Shown: positions 49,384 through 64,000, counted from the first letter of the stretch. The stretch: DNA of 64,000 nucleotides from Takakia lepidozioides (GCA_030704615.1 CM060733.1:37758001-37822000), one strand, 5' to 3'. Notes: a model not told the origin generated them from the letters alone. Program-made: numbers and translations.

Positions 49384-52300
49384 TTTTCGAGAGAGGAAAA
49401 ATTCACCTTGTAGGAAGTTAAGGGTTAATCAAATTAAAACGAGGAAAATATAACCTCGAGACCAACCATTAGGATACACGACCATTAGGATACAAGGTGA
49501 GGCCACTTCAGGGCCACAAGTGTTCACAGACCTACAAAAGCATCTACTACACTGAGAACCATTACCAGAAGCGAGAAAGAGCAGCTGCAGCAAGACAAAT
49601 CAGGAACACCACAACTAGCTCAGGAGCAATTTAGAAACAGAACTAACGATTAGCAATAGGAGCCTGAAAGTCCAAATGCGCCTGAGTCTTGGAGCTTCTA
49701 AGTTTAAGGTGGCGCCAGTTAATGTCTTCCCCACGATCCATCGGAGAAGGCCAGTGATCAGGGGATGCACCAGGCGGCGGGAAGGCAAGAGGCCCATATT
49801 GTGCCCCTGTCGGAATAACCAAAGCAAAAGATCCCTCGCCAGCCCCAAGAGGAGTCGAAGTCCTTGATGAGCTTGCTACACTTTGCTTGAGAACATCTGA
49901 GTAAAGCTGCATGCAATACCTCCCAGGCTTTGTGACCTTCAGTTAGCAAACTAAAAAAAATAGCTTGTAGGGTTGCTTGAATACAAGGGGCAGTGCCAGA
50001 ATAAACCTTAGCACAACGAGATTTCCAGATTTGCCAAAGAGAAAGAGAGCGGAGGCAAGCCCAAATAGCACATTTGGACCAGATCTGCCTCTGGTGGATG
50101 TTAAGGAGGTGGAGAGAGATATTGGAGGCATCAACAGCTTTCCAAGCAAGATATAAGGTCCTAACCCGAGACCAAATGTACAAGCAGCAAAATTGCAATT
50201 GTACCAACAATGCTCTAGGGATTCAACCATTCCCCCACTGCAAATGATACAATCAGATTGCGGGTCAAAGGAAGACCCCACCGGCAAAATTCTGTTTCCA
50301 ATCTTCCATAAGAAGGCCGAGATCTTGGCAGCCCGTTGGGGGGCCCAGATATGTTTCCACATAGCTTCCCAGTTCACTTGGAAAGGCATGATATGAAGCC
50401 ATTTGGCTGCCCACTTAGAAGTTGGAACAGGAAGCCCAAGAGTAAGAGTGTACCCCATTTTGGCAGAGTACTTAAAGAAGGGTAAATTCCCAGGCCAAGA
50501 CCACTCCCCAAGGTCAAAAGGGAGCTCCACCAAGGGCTTCTTCTTGAACCAAAAGAGCCAAGAAGAACGAGCCCACTGGATGTGGTCCTTAGACGGATCT
50601 GGAAATGGATCCACCACACCCATTCCCCCTTCAATCACACGAACAGAGAAGAGCTGGTCAGAAGGGCATGAGTCTAGGGCATGGAACAACAACCTGCCTG
50701 AGTTGTGAACCTGGAAACTAAGCCCATTACTTAGATCACCTGCAGTAGAAGTAAGCAAGAAAATGCGAGGAGGGGAGGAGCCCTTGAAACCTTTCCAAGC
50801 TGGAAATGAAGTAGATGTGCTGCCAAGCAAGGATGCCCAAGAACTAGGGATAGCACCTATAATGGAGTTCCATGTGCGACGAGCCCTCTGGCCACCTACA
50901 TACTGGATGGCAAAGTCAGAAGTGAGAGGGCCAGCGAGGCCCCAGACATTCCCCACAGAAGCAATCCCCTTCATCTCCCAGGGAGCCCACCTAGCAGAGC
51001 AAGATTCCAAGTCCATCTGTAACCCGCTCCCAAACAAGGGTTGCCTGATAACTTCATCTCTGGTGGCTGGGGCTGAACGTAGGAGATAGGGGCGAACCTT
51101 AACCCAAGCAGCCTAGATGGCAGGCCACAGGCTAGAACCCACAACAGATTTTTAGTTAGCATTCTTACCATTGACCGCGCAGCGCAAGGAGGGATGCCAG
51201 CAAAGAGAAGAAGAAGGAATCAAATTCATTATATTGATCCGGATAAGAGAGCCCCAGGGACCAGCAAAATGGGAGAGGGCCCGAGGAATCCATTTGGCAA
51301 GCAATGCAGCAACCTGTGTTTCTGGGTCCAGCAACCCAAGACCTCCATCTTTCTTTTTGAGACAGAGTTGCCGCCAAGAGACTTTGGCCCTCCTGGTTGA
51401 GCCAACAGAGGTAGCACCCCATATAAAATTCCTAGTAAGAGCCTTCAGAGATTTAAAAAGAGCGGGGCCTGGAGACCAAAGAGAGGCCACGAACCATATG
51501 CTAGCCAGAAGGACCTGGTTTGCCACCAGAACCCTGCCCGCCACAGATAACTGACCTGAACACCAGTAAGACAAGTTTTGGTTGTAACGAGCAAGAACAG
51601 GAGTGAACCTACTTGAGTCTGAGAGGCCAATGCCGATCTAATGCCCAAGAAGAGTGTGGGGTTGACCTTCATCAAACCAACTTAATCTTGCATCTTGCCC
51701 CCAACGCGGGGAGTGAGGGGAGGCAGTAGCAGAAATAGGAACCATGATCCCACGCGATTTTCCCCAATTGACGGAGAACCCCGATGCAGAACAGAACTCA
51801 CCCAAGGAGGAGAGCCCAGCATTAACGTTCTCCATTGAGGAATTGTCAGAGAAGAGGACTGAGTCATCAACATACATAGAAATCTTAACATCAGAGATCC
51901 CTCCTTCATGATGATTGACCTGCAGGCCTCGGAAGAGAGGATTGGCGTCCAGCAAGTGCCCAAGACAGTCGGCAACAATCAAAAACAAGAATGGAGAGAG
52001 GGGACATCCCTGTCTTACAGAGCGAGAGAGGGGGAAGGACTTGGAGAGGAAGCCATTAGCAAAGACCTTGCTGGAAGCAGAAGAGAATAGGATATGAATC
52101 CACTTCAAGAAATTCCCAGAGAAACCCACCCGTTGCAAGGCCCCAAAAAGGAAACCCTAGTGAATTTTGTCAAATGCCTTCTCGAAATCCAACATTAGAA
52201 GAGCTAATGTTTGATTTGAAGAATGCGCATAGGAGAGGGCCTCACAAGAAAGAATGACATTGTCCAAAATGTAACACCCCTTCATAAAACCAGACTGATC

Positions 52301-55300
52301 AGGGCGGATAAGCCTAGGAAGATAGGCTTGAAGCCTGATAGCCAAGGCTTTGGCCACAATCTTGTAAGAGGAATTAAGGAGAGTAATAGGCCTGTAGTTA
52401 GAAATGGCATTCCTGTCGCCCTTCTTGAACATGAGAGAGGTGACCCCCTGTGACATCTGTGAAGGCATGATGTTTTTAGCCAAGATATCATTAGCCATAG
52501 CCCTAAAGTCCCTACTCAAATGCCTCCACAAAGCTTGGAAAAATTCGACTGTCACCTTTTCCTTCCTTTGCCTGGCCAGAGTTAGATCAAGAGAGATTTG
52601 AACATGGCTAGGCTACGACAAGCCTGAAGCTTTTCCAGGAAGCAAAGAGTGGAAGAAGAGAAGTCATTTCCAGCACCATTCCAGCAAGCGACCAAGGAAG
52701 GAATTGTGCCAGGAGAATGCAAGACACCAGCATTAAGCTTGAAATAGGACATCCCTCTTACTTTGACACCAGGAGTTAAAATTTTCAACAGAACTTCAGC
52801 ATGGTCAAAGTCTGGCAAGATGGGGCCTATAGGAGAAAGCTGGCACCAACCAGAGACAGAGGAGGAGGCATAGAAGCAATCTAGCCTGGCCATACAAAGC
52901 TGGGGGGGGCCCATGGTATTAGACCAGGTGAAACGAGCAGACAAGGGGGAGGACGGACAAAGGTCGGGGAGGCTTACCACCATGCACAAAGATTCCCAAG
53001 CATCCCGCTCGAACTGCCAAAGGGGAAGGCCATCCAAGTCAAGCCTGTCCTGTTGCCTGTCCACCATATTGAAGTCTCTACCGAGAACCCAGTTGTCAAT
53101 ATGCAACATGCTTAACATCTTAGAAAATAAAAGATCCCAGACCTGAATTCTAGCAAGAGCAGTACAGGGGGCATAGATGTTAACAAGGCCAAGAGACCCT
53201 TGCTTAAAAGGAAGCGCAAAAATTGCACTCTCCCTGGCAGCCAAATGCTATTTCCAGCACGCTAGAAGAGAGTGATGGAGCCAAGAGGATGGCTGTACCA
53301 CCGCGAGAGTCATCAGCGGGATTCCACCAGGAAGATGCAGCTGGCCAAATATGGGATCCCATGCTAGTAATCTTATCTAGATTAAGTTTGTGTTCCTGCA
53401 AAAACGTCACACAGGACGAGAGAAGGGAAAGAGAGGAGGTCCAACGTTTGATTTTCTGTCTTTTAGGAGCAGAAGCAGTAGAGCCTATGCCCCTTATATT
53501 CCAAGAAGAAAGCGATAGATTCATGGGGGTTTAGGGTACAACAGGCACTCAGAAGAACTGAGTAAAGATGGCCTGTTCAGGGAGAAGATGAAATTGGCAT
53601 CATGAAGAGAGGGACAGAGCATAAGGGAGGAAGATAGCAGGAAAGCCGGCATCCGCCTTGGAACACCTAAGCGACCCAACAGAACCACATACCTAGAAGA
53701 ACCAGGTTTCATATTGAAAGAGAGAAGGGGATTCACCATGCATGGAACTTACAGTGACTTTGTGAGGAGGCAGAGGAGGAGGGACCAAATGATCTGGAGT
53801 AAGCTTAGGATGTGAGGCAATATCACCCAAGGTGCCTTCCTTGTCATCAAAGTGAGGGAAGGTGGCCACGACAGTAGCATATGCTGCAGCTTCAGCGTGA
53901 GCAGCTCGGGTGCAGATAATCTTCATTGCCAACTTCATCCCTGCAGAGTGCAACTGCATCGCTGAAGGAGGGAGCAGACAGCCTACGCGATGAAGGAGAG
54001 ACCGAAGATGCAGGAGCCGGGAGAGCCAAATGCAGGGTAGAAACCGGGGGAGAGGAGTGTGGCCGCTACAAATCGGAGTCAGAGGCGTCATCTTTGGCAG
54101 AATCCCTTTTCCTCTTTAGAATTGGGCAATCGGCTTTGATGATGACAATTGTGGCAGATAACGCCTAAGCACTCTTCCTTGATCATGATCGAGATAAACG
54201 AGTTGTCCAATGTCGGCAGCTTAAGGGAAGTAGGGATGCGAGCTCCTTCGGGCATCATGACCACGATCTTGGGGACACCGTGGTTCCTGTGAACAAGCGA
54301 GTGCTCACCTATTGCCGATTCAGAATCAATATCAGCGGCCCTGGGGTTGAACACATCATGCACCCGATGTAGGAGCCAAACCGAGCTCCAATCTCGGGAA
54401 GGGAGCGCAGGTAGTTGCCAGGGATAAAAGGTAGCGCAATCACCCTGGGTTTGCAGACTAAACCACCCTTATGCCCCCACTCTGGAGCCCATGGAAATAT
54501 AAACACCTTGCATAATTGGGATTTCCTGTTGTCAAATTTGAGAGCTATCTGCACAGCCTCCCGAGAGATAAACGTGACAGAAAGAATCCCCTGCCGAGGG
54601 AATGGCAAAATTGCTGATGGAGGTCCCCAGTCTTGTCAAGGTAATGTATGATCCATTCGTGGACCCAATCTCGATCTGGGGACCAGCCAAGGAAGTGCAA
54701 AAGAATGCCAAGCTGTTCCAGTTCACGGGTCTGCTCGTTGATGAGGGTCATGTCTAGAAAAGTAACAGATTGGGAGTCGTCAGCATCAAGCTCATTGTCC
54801 CGCCACAAAAGCTCTTCCGCTAGAAGATCAGACGCTTGAAAATCAACTGGCCCCTCACCTAGCAAGGAAGGAAGATCACTGGGTATCACGGGTTTCTTAG
54901 GCCCGATCCACCGCTTAGTAGCAGGCCCAATTCCGTGAGAGCCTGCACTACCAGGCCGACGCCCTTGGCGAGAAGCCCGACCTCTTGGGGCCATGGAGAG
55001 AAGATGGAACCGAGAGAAACTACTCGAGAGAAGGAAGGCGAAAGTAGAGAGGTCGAGGCAGAGAGGAATTAAGAAAGACCGCCAGTGGGATAGTAGATAT
55101 ACCCACCATGAGCAAGCACCGGACCCGAAAGAATTGGACAAGATATGAATATATCAGGGAGCGCCGACAAGCACTGGAGCCGCCAGAGAGAAGAAGTAAG
55201 GGCCAGGAGACCCCAAGATTCCCTCGACAAGAGTGAAGATAAAGAGGGGTGGGCACTGGGCAGGGAGCGGGCTCAAATGGGGGGAAACAGAAATTGTTAA

Positions 55301-55850
55301 GTAGAGTAGTAACCTGTCAACACAAAGAGAGACCAGCCATCCCAAAACCAGAGAGGCGCCGTTCAGTCTTAAACAGGGGAGTAATGAAGCCAGCCGAAGA
55401 AACAACGGAGAAGAAATGGAATTGCAGAACTAACAAGAGAACTAGGAGATGGAGATCGCACCGTCAGAGAAGCGGGGATCCCTAGTGCAATAGGGATTAA
55501 TCCTTCAGAATAGAGAAGCGGTGGAGATGATTATGGGGAGTGGACAGAAAGCGCATGGAGTCAGAGATCATCGAGAGTCGAAGAACTAGGGAATGAAAAA
55601 GACCGTTGCTTAAACCCCTAAAAGCTCCAAACAAAATTCCACCAGGAGAAGAGGGAGTCAGCAGTAGCGATAATGGGAGCCAGAGATAGAGAAAGGAGGA
55701 GGACACAGGGAAAGGCCAGGGTACCCCAGCAGAAGAGAGAGAGGGCTTAACGGTGGTGAAGCTGAGGCAACGAGAACGGTGAAAAATGGCTAAGCCCTAA
55801 GGAACGCACACACCGCAAATTGCGGAGCAGAAACGCTACATCGCGCCCCC
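49384..55850 (-). mobile_element. Near full-length L1-type LINE (5' UTR, ORF1, ORF2 EN-RT-zf-RVT), degenerate
   Basis: ORF1 from ATG 54994 (MAPRGR...LGRGFF, CHNCHH knuckle); ORF2 from 53524 (SWNIRG, FLQEHKL, VNIYAP, DFNMV, NYRPITLLN, DFEKAFD, VRQGCPLSPFLF, YVDD, GGLGL, FLWKIGNRILP..C..C..ESLEH); stops, frameshifts and a deletion between EN and RT. Confidence 0.93.
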
Positions 55851-57140
55851 CCCCCTGTCATCTGGATTGTAAATATAACCAAAATAAAAATAAAAATAAA
55901 AAAAATATCTGGGGGTTTTAAAATTTTCCCATCTAATAATTCCAAATAAAGTGTTTCCAGGTCCTCTGTCCCTTATTTATGAAAAAGAAAAGAAACACAA
56001 CAGGGCTTGTAAGCCACTCAAGCCCCTTCACACCATTATCACCTGTCTCTCTGCCTTGGGGCTGGGCTCTGCCACTATCATTGTGAGCATATTCACTTTG
56101 ATGTCGTATAAATCCGGTGTAGAGGGATATCGCGTTATAATGGAATACAGACTAGTGTGTTGGAGATGTAATGTCGAGCAGAAAATTTAACCTTCAATAT
56201 AGAGAGCGGTGACACAATAAAAAGACAAGTGTGCATAAAACATCGTCGGTCGATCAGTCGTTATATCAACAGCTCGTATACCAGTTACATCATACTGCTA
56301 AGAAGGTTATGATGAGGACCAATCCACCTGTACACTTCAAGAAAGAGAAAAAGAGATGATGTATAGCAGGACCTGAAACATACGTGGATCCCATGCCCAT
56401 GGCCCTTAACAATGCCACTATTGCATCCACTGCCCACCTGGCCACTAGCTAATCGACCCTCCCTCTCCTCGTCATGTCCTTTGATCATGCTCCATACTAG
56501 TGTTTTTTTTTTGGTCTTATGCACGTTGCTCAACTCGCGACAAACTGAGCAGTGAAGTGGGCAGTTGTGGCTATAAGGCAGGATTGATCATTGAAAATGA
56601 AGGTGATTTTTACTGCTCATGTGTAAATAAAGAAGGCGACTATGAATTGTCTTGTGTCGAATAGTTTTGGCTATTGTTCAATTTTTACTATACAGTTTTG
56701 GCGATGTGAGTTATATGGTTGTAATCAGATTGGCGAAATTGTACTAGTGTGAGGCAGATTGCATTCATTCATGAATCATGCAAACCCCACCCAAAGCAAC
56801 AATACACACGCAAGCATTACGTATCCAAGTCAATGTCAGAAACCAGAATACAATAAGAGAAAACCAAATAACATGAACAATAACGTACACTACATTCCTG
56901 GGGTATTTGAACCCCAATCCGTAAGGACTTCTGCCAATCCAACATGAGTGACCTGCACCCTACAACCCAACCCAGCCTACACATACACATAAAACCACAA
57001 ACGCAATGAACTAAATAAAACCTAGCTCCTGTCTGCTAGACTCCAAATAGTATTGTTGATTTTCACCTGCAATAGAACAAGAATGACCATGCCCAAAGAA
57101 AAAGAGAACATAATTGAAATATGAGAGCAAAAATAAACAT

Positions 57141-59203
57141 TTATGCCATATTGTCATTACTCTTTGTGGCAGCCCCTATGCATTGAAAGCATAGCGAGTC
57201 TTGGCATCTTTCCACTACACAATACACTCTCCGAAAATGGAAAGTGTCAATGGTAAAGAATTTTTGTGCAAACATGCGCACTACAAGTGACAAATGCTCT
57301 GTCAACCGATTCCTGAGCTTTGACTTCACAAAAGTGAGAGTGCTAAATGTGCACTCGTCTTCCACATTGCCTATAACCTGTGATATAGCTATTTCAGCAA
57401 TCTTCATATACTCAGTGATCTTGGCTGTCAACACTTGGGAACTTCCTAAATTTTGCCATAGTTTGGTGAGAGGGTTTAGCTCAATGGGCTTCTCCAGACA
57501 ATTGTTCTTCATTGTAATCTGAAACAAAGAAGCTTGAAAGTCCAAATCTTGAGCATTCAAAAGATCTGGAACAGTCATGTTACCAGATCACTTATGAAAG
57601 CAATATGTCGCCTTGATGATATTGAGATGGTAAAGAAACCTCATGGTATCATGGTGTGTCTAGAATTTGGGGATATACAGTACCCACAGCCTCCATGATG
57701 ACATTTTGGGCTGGAAAACGTCTTTCCAACTCCCTTACAAGTTGTGATGTTGCATCCTTATGAGTTTTAACAACAACCAACACCCTCCTCCAAACCTCCA
57801 AGTAGTAACCCAAACCACTTCCCCAGTCTGAATATTCCGGTGCTTGGCCCAAACATGTTTTCTTTGACACTCAATTCCTAAATGGTTTGTTGAAGCAGCA
57901 GGATTTGAAACCCACAATAATATTAAGGTGGAAAGATGAACCTCAGCCAGACTTCGAAATTCAGCAAACTCGGGGCCTGTAAATGTCGTCGTGGCATCTG
58001 TAGACATAGCATAGAGGTCAAATTGGTAGATTTTCACTTCTGTGATGAACTCAATCACAAATGTGTCACGAGCTTATGCAAACTTCATCAAGGAGTTCAC
58101 AGCTTTGAGCAAGGGCAGTACATAGCACAAACCCAACAAAAGCTCAATATCAACAAGGAGCTTAAGGTTGGAAGCTGGTTTGGCCTCCCCCACGCTGTCC
58201 AACACCATCTTAACCACAAGAGTCTTGTACTCAGGCGCCATAACTTGACTCACAGCTGGTTTGAGCATATTGATCCACTAGGTTTTAATGTTCCGAAGAA
58301 TTTTGTTACTCGTGGTCTCCATCAATTCGGCTAGCTTATGAAATTCAAGATGACGTTTTGGACTATTTGCAAAATAAGAATGCAAGGATTGAAGCAAAGT
58401 CTCCAGCCAATTCACCAAGTTGAGGTCACTCAAAGTTTGGATTGCCAAATTGGTGCGGTGAGCCATACAATGGACCCCCACCATGTGAGGCTTTCTGTTG
58501 CAGTTGCACAGTGAAGCCTGCCCGCAGGCCCTAAAAGACACTCACACCATGTACACCAAATGATATAAGACTTTGGGCCAATTTCTCCCTTGTCAGACCT
58601 CCACCAATCAAGAGGGCTTCAACTATGACTCTCTTCAGTGCATCCGCATTTGCACCATCTACAAGTTTCTCCAACGTGAGCAGTATGGGTATTCTTCACC
58701 AATTTTGGACACAATAAACATGAACAGATGCCCAATTTTGGTTATCAATTGAAATTACCTCATCGCATGATAGTGAAAATGTACCTAGATGCCTTCACAG
58801 CCTTCTTGGTGGCTTGCAAGACTGTTGAATCCATGCATTCCGCCATCTTCCAGTCGCTGTTATCGGACCAATGTTTGTTTGGAGTATTCTTTACTTTTAG
58901 CCGCTTGGAAAGATCTTTGAACCCCTTATAGTCAGTCATGGGCTAGCCTTGGTTAAGGATGTGGAATACAGCAACAAATTGGACCAACTTCCTCTTATCT
59001 TGGGCCACCTCTCCAGCAATTTGCATCTGAATCACTGAATCCCTCAAGGAAGTTGAATATACATTCTTGCAATGTTGGCTCCCTTTATTGTAGTAAAACT
59101 TCTCCACCGGTACTCCAGGCATGACAATTGTTGCCTTCTTCTTACATGCATGCTCAAGAATGGATGAACGTTGGATGAGTGTGGGATGAAAAATTGGCCT
59201 CAT
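57141..59203 (-). pseudogene. Degenerate hAT transposase (ZNF862-like type)
   Basis: GVHCMAHRTNLAIQ; YFANSPKRHLEF; KILRNIKT; C-terminal dimerisation motif EDECTFSTLTFVKSKLRNRL; many stops and frameshifts. Confidence 0.9.
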
Positions 59204-59372
59204 GAATGAACCATGGATGAATGCAACAACATTTATCCTTATCGATCAGCAGCTGCGCAAGGATCCAAGTGTTGTTGAGTTTTAAATAAATGTATATTAA
59301 TTTGGCAGAAGCTTAATTCCAGCCCAGAAGATCAGGGGGGAAAAAAAGTTGGATTTTATTATTATTATTATT

Positions 59373-59850
59373 GGAAAACTTGCAAATGAACCCAAACCCT
59401 GCTTTGCAAACAAAAGACCTGGCATTTACCCAGCATAGATTTCTAGTCACCTGGAAGAAGGACATGACAACGAATCATAAGTTATGTAGTCTGAGCTTTT
59501 TGTAGATGCAACGACACCTTAATCTAGCACATTCGGGAAAAAAAAAAAAAAAAAAAAAAAAAACGGATTTTTTTTTTAATTTTTTAATTTTTTGGTGGAA
59601 AACTTGCAAATGAACCCAACCCCTGCTTTGCAAGCAAAAGACCTGGCGTTTACCCAGCATGGATTTCTGGTCACCTGGAAGAACGACATGACAACGAGTC
59701 ATAAGTTATGTAGTCCGAGCTATTTGTAGATGCCATTCACCCCAAATAGCACACCAGAAGACCACCCAGATGAAGCTGTCGTCAACGACACCTTAATCTG
59801 GCACATTCGGGGGAAACCTAAAAGAAAAAAAAAGAAAAAAAAAAAACCCC
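59373..59850. repeat. Tandem duplication (~225 bp x2), each copy ending in an A-tract
   Basis: ggaaaacttgcaaatgaaccc...cataagttatgtagtc...aacgacaccttaatct.gcacattcggg followed by an A-run in both copies; copy 2 has ~50 extra nt. Confidence 0.9.
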
Positions 59851-62800
59851 CGTTCCATGCTTGCAAGTACTCCATTTGTACTCCTGCAGGGGCTTCGTTC
59901 CATGCCTACAAGTATGCATGAAGACATTTTTTTGGGATAGAGGGGGAGGAGCAGCTTTACTCTCAAGTCATCGCACCACTGTCTGAGGGGTCATCGCATT
60001 CGACCCAAACTGAGAACATTGTGGTGGAGCAGGATCTGGAAGATCCCGATGCTCTAGATGTCGATTCCGATTTCTCATGTGAGTAAGCGAAAGTTCTGTT
60101 GTCGCACTTGACTGACACGACGACGCATCTTTCTGTATTCCTCTTTGGTGCACAAGTTTGGCTAGCATAATATATGTGGAGTTACATTATTGGTATGTAT
60201 TTGCAGGAGTCCCAGGACGCCACGGTTTTTGCCTTTCTTTGCCAACCCAAAATTTTTCCCAAGTCCAAGAGCGGATTTGAATTGCCATGTTATGCGGAGG
60301 CTGCAGCGTGCAAATTTAGTCTCATCTCATCTCCCCCTCCTGTGCTTTACGACAGAGATGGTTTTGTGCAGAGCAGGGCTAGTGTCTTCATAAACAGTTG
60401 TGCCTTCGTTTTGGACACTGACTCCAGTAGTAGTAGATATTCTTCGTCGGAATGAATCGACTGTTTTCAAACGATTTTTATTAAAGCACCAAATGGCCTC
60501 TCCACCTTATTTGCAATTGGGTGTGAGCATCTCTCTCGACTTAAGATACCTGGTAAAAGGACAACCACAACCCTCCTCAGTTGGCCGGGATTCACTTTGG
60601 AGCTCGGGGGATTTGGCAACCACTACTAGAAAATGCTTTTTAATTTTCCATCATCCACAAACTACATTCATCCATGTGCCATTCGTCCAACAGACATTCA
60701 TTCGTCATTCATCTATAACGACCTTGTCTGTATGCATGTTATACTGGCCACTATTCGCAGTAATAAGTCATCTAAGCCGAACAGGTGTCCGCGGTTATAG
60801 GTGAGCAAATCCTGAAGCGTGAGCAGAATTCTGCTCACGGATTTTACTCACGGTTTAGCAATCCCCCATTCCCACAGACCTGACTTCAACCTACAAGCTG
60901 ATAGAGAGTAAGATGATCAAAAGCAGGAAAATGATTGATCACCATTCCAACACTTGCTTGAGAAAGTAATGATTCTTGAGTTAAAACTTGAAGATCACAA
61001 ACCTCACAAATCAGAAATGCACAAAACTCAATGGCAATGACAAAGAGTAGATACTTATTTTTGTAGGCCATGGCGATCCTCAATGCTCAGCCCCACCATA
61101 CTCAGTCATGAATGCAAGCTTAAATCATGTCTTCCAGCCATATCTTTTCTTTACTACTGCCGGCACTCATCCTTCAACTTGTGTGCAATCAACGCCAAAT
61201 CATAGGCTAAATCTGTATCTTAACTGCATGTCCTATCTAGTAAGCTGGTCATGCTGCTACAGAAGGAATGATAAGGTTCCATGGCTATATTAAAACCCTA
61301 TGTGTGAGAGGAGGAGTGAGCGACGATACTGTAAGAATGGGAGGTGGTTGAGCGGGCACGAGCACTTGCTATCAGGGCGGTTGCAGGCTGCCATGAAGCC
61401 TGTCCTTTCGCTAATGTGGGCGAATCGTGGCCCCCCTATGGAGTCCATACTCAATCCTCCTCCTTACTCGACCCTCCATCCCTTCTCGTGCTCCCACTTT
61501 GGCTATGGCTTGCCAAAATGACCTTCCCACATCTTCAACCTCCTCCGTTCTAGAACCCTCCCTAGCATTCCTTGGCATGGATTCCACCTTTCTTTGGACA
61601 GCTTACTAGATGTCCATATTTCTTTGCTTAATTTAAAAAAAAATGAACGATTGGGGTACATACTGGCTAATAAAGTGGTTTATGTTCCCCCTCAAGGCCC
61701 AACCTTTGCTGGGGCTGGTATTTCCTTGAAACAGAAAAAATAAAAATAAAAATGACTCTTCTAACATGTTGCAACTTCACAATGAATTTGATCTCTCATA
61801 GGGCAAGGGTGGGCATGTACGGCTCCCGCATTTCGGCAACTTCAAAATAAAAGACGGTGATGACGATCACAATGACAGGCAAAAAGATGACGATGATTTG
61901 GCACTAAGAACTAGGTAATGGACGTGAGGCCGACCCATTATTTCCGGTAATCCCTTGACATGTGGCGATTACCTCGTTTCGTGTAGAGAGCTCGTGGATG
62001 AAATGAGCACCTTTTTGGATGAAAACAATGTCTTTTTGGATGAAACATAATGATTACAGGGAAGAAATCAATTATTGTGTCATATCTGAGCCTCTAGATG
62101 CAATCTTGACCGTTGAAAAATATCGAATCTGTCCTCTCGTACCCTAAGGGACCCCTTTTCCTGCTGTGCTCCAATGTATATATAAGGGAAATACCTAGGA
62201 GCGAACGCTCACAAATCAGGCTCCTTAATTATAGTGAGAGGAGAAAATAACCTCTTTCATAGTAACCTTGCCACGAGGTGCTGAGCACAAGGCTCAAGGG
62301 ACACCGCCCAATGAAAGTAGGAGAAGATCATGCAACACACAACAAGGTAGCAAGATTCAAACCCAAAATCTCATTGATGGCACCCAATGCTCATCCAAGT
62401 GAGCTACCAATTGGTGGTCAAAGATTTCTATTGTCACTAGAACTAGGGCTACACTGTGAACAATGTTTCTCTGGATTGGAAATATATACTATGCAAAAAA
62501 ACATTAGGAACAATGTAACAGTATAATTTAGGCATATGATCTGATGGTATTTTCGCCATATTTAGGCGACGTGGGCTCCTCTGGCAAGTCCCTTGTTAAA
62601 TCTTCCCCATCTTGTCTTACCGTGGATTCACTATTATTAAATTCTTTAGAATGCGAGAGATTGTTAGCCAGTGATGAATAGCCTATAGGGGCCGACATTG
62701 TTAAAAAAAAAAACAAAAAAACTTGTAGCCTTATTGGTAAAGTGATGGTAATAGAGGCAATGAGGTGGACGGTTTGATTTTTGATGGGTGGTAATGTCAC

Positions 62801-62914
62801 CCTTAGCTTCTATGATTCGTGTCACTCCCCTATATTGTATTTAGTCATCTTAGTCCATTTCAATCCATTTCAAACTTAGCCAATTTTGGACTTAGTCAAA
62901 TCTCGAGACTAAGT

Positions 62915-63050
62915 GTGGGTTACACCAAATGGAGTTACACTTCTCACCGTGTAGCCCTAAGTAGAGTTACACTCCGTACCGTGTAACCCCAATTGGAGTT
63001 TACTCCTTCTCTTCCATTGTTAGTACCCGTACTGAAGTTACACTCATTTC
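62915..63050. repeat. Short degenerate repeat cluster (gagttacac / accgtgta motifs)
   Basis: gttacac four times plus one variant, with accgtgtagccc and accgtgtaaccc. Confidence 0.65.
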
Positions 63051-64000
63051 AGTTCTACGTTATTATCAAGACTGGATGAGGAAGATTCAATATGCTGGAG
63101 ACCAGCCCACGCTCTTACATGATGGCACTAGCTTCAAACATTATTCCTATAATTCTCCATTTTATGCGTTGTTTTACTTTTTTGCAGTAACAATATCTTT
63201 GGATGTACTAACAATGTTGACATTCATTTCATTTTCAATATGAATTTGTTTGATTTTGTAGATATGTGATTATAACATATTAATAGATCTACATTTTTAA
63301 CTGTCCAAAATATAGACAAGAGTCAAAAAATTCAATCATAAGAGTTTTGACATTATTACCATTATTATATTTACATGTACTATAATAAATATTAGTAAAT
63401 TAAAACTTGCTTACCACGAAATTAAATTAATATTTGGAAGTGTTACAACATTTACATTGACTATGTGAGCAAACCAAAGAAAAAAGAAAGAAAGAAAGAC
63501 GGAAGGAAAGAAAGACATATTAGAGCAGGTTTGACAAGAAGGATTTTCATAATTCAGTTATTTTTTTCTGGGAAATTTGGGCAGCTTCAATTGATGATGT
63601 GGCCTCCGAAACGTGGCAGAGATTGGATGATATTCCTTTTATTTTATTTTTTAAATTTTTAAATTTTTGGGCAATCCGGGCAGCTTTCTTCAAATGACGG
63701 TGATGATGTGGCGACAATGACACTATGGCACCGGATTCCGCTGCACACTAAAACTAGTCTCCAACCATGGGTCGTCACTAGAATTAAGTTTTTCTTTTCC
63801 CTGTTTTTCCCCTCTTTCAGAAAGGAAACTGGGAACTATGGCTCACAATTCAGGGAGGGGGAAAAGAATGTTCATACAGAGAGCCATGAAGCATTCAGGA
63901 GACGCCATCACCAGACCAAAACCACACAACACTGGACAGGGTAGCAGGAATTGAGCCCCAGACCAGTGGGGTGACACAATTGCACTACTTATCCAACTTC

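Noticed and set aside
60865-60882. hAT-like terminal sequence (reverse complement CAGGTCTGTGGGAATGG) with nearby CTCACG repeats
   Set aside because: No partner TIR or 8-bp TSD found, so the element cannot be delimited
63935-64000. tRNA/SINE-like B-box on the minus strand (similar weak hits near 48566 and 56900)
   Set aside because: No cloverleaf can be built and the boxes are degenerate; the 63.9-kb hit is cut by the window edge

Overview
Repeat-rich nuclear DNA from a non-seed land plant (bryophyte or lycophyte inferred from the ARF type, a Tcn1-like chromovirus and PLS-type PPR fragments). One apparently intact host gene is present: a multi-exon auxin response factor with no B3 DNA-binding domain (non-canonical/clade-D ARF, about 12.4-20.4 kb, +). 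It has a uORF-packed leader, a 13-aa Q/N/G repeat tract and a PB1 domain. The rest is mostly mobile DNA: a Ty3/gypsy fragment, two L1-type LINEs, two copies of a TA-flanked MITE, a hAT MITE and a decayed hAT transposase. There is also a four-level nest. A palindromic satellite contains an internally deleted chromovirus LTR element (25737-46076) with a self-priming PBS and a PPR fragment in its 5' LTR. That element contains a ~14.6 kb CACTA/EnSpm transposon, which in turn contains a LINE fragment. The most unusual items are a TnpA-like CACTA gene carrying an FCP1/NIF (HAD) phosphatase-like domain, the 11-nt self-priming PBS, the ARF leader and repeat architecture, and a duplicated-then-inverted segment that forms a G.U-rich RNA hairpin near 6.2-6.5 kb. 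All calls come from reading motifs by eye; no database searches were run.
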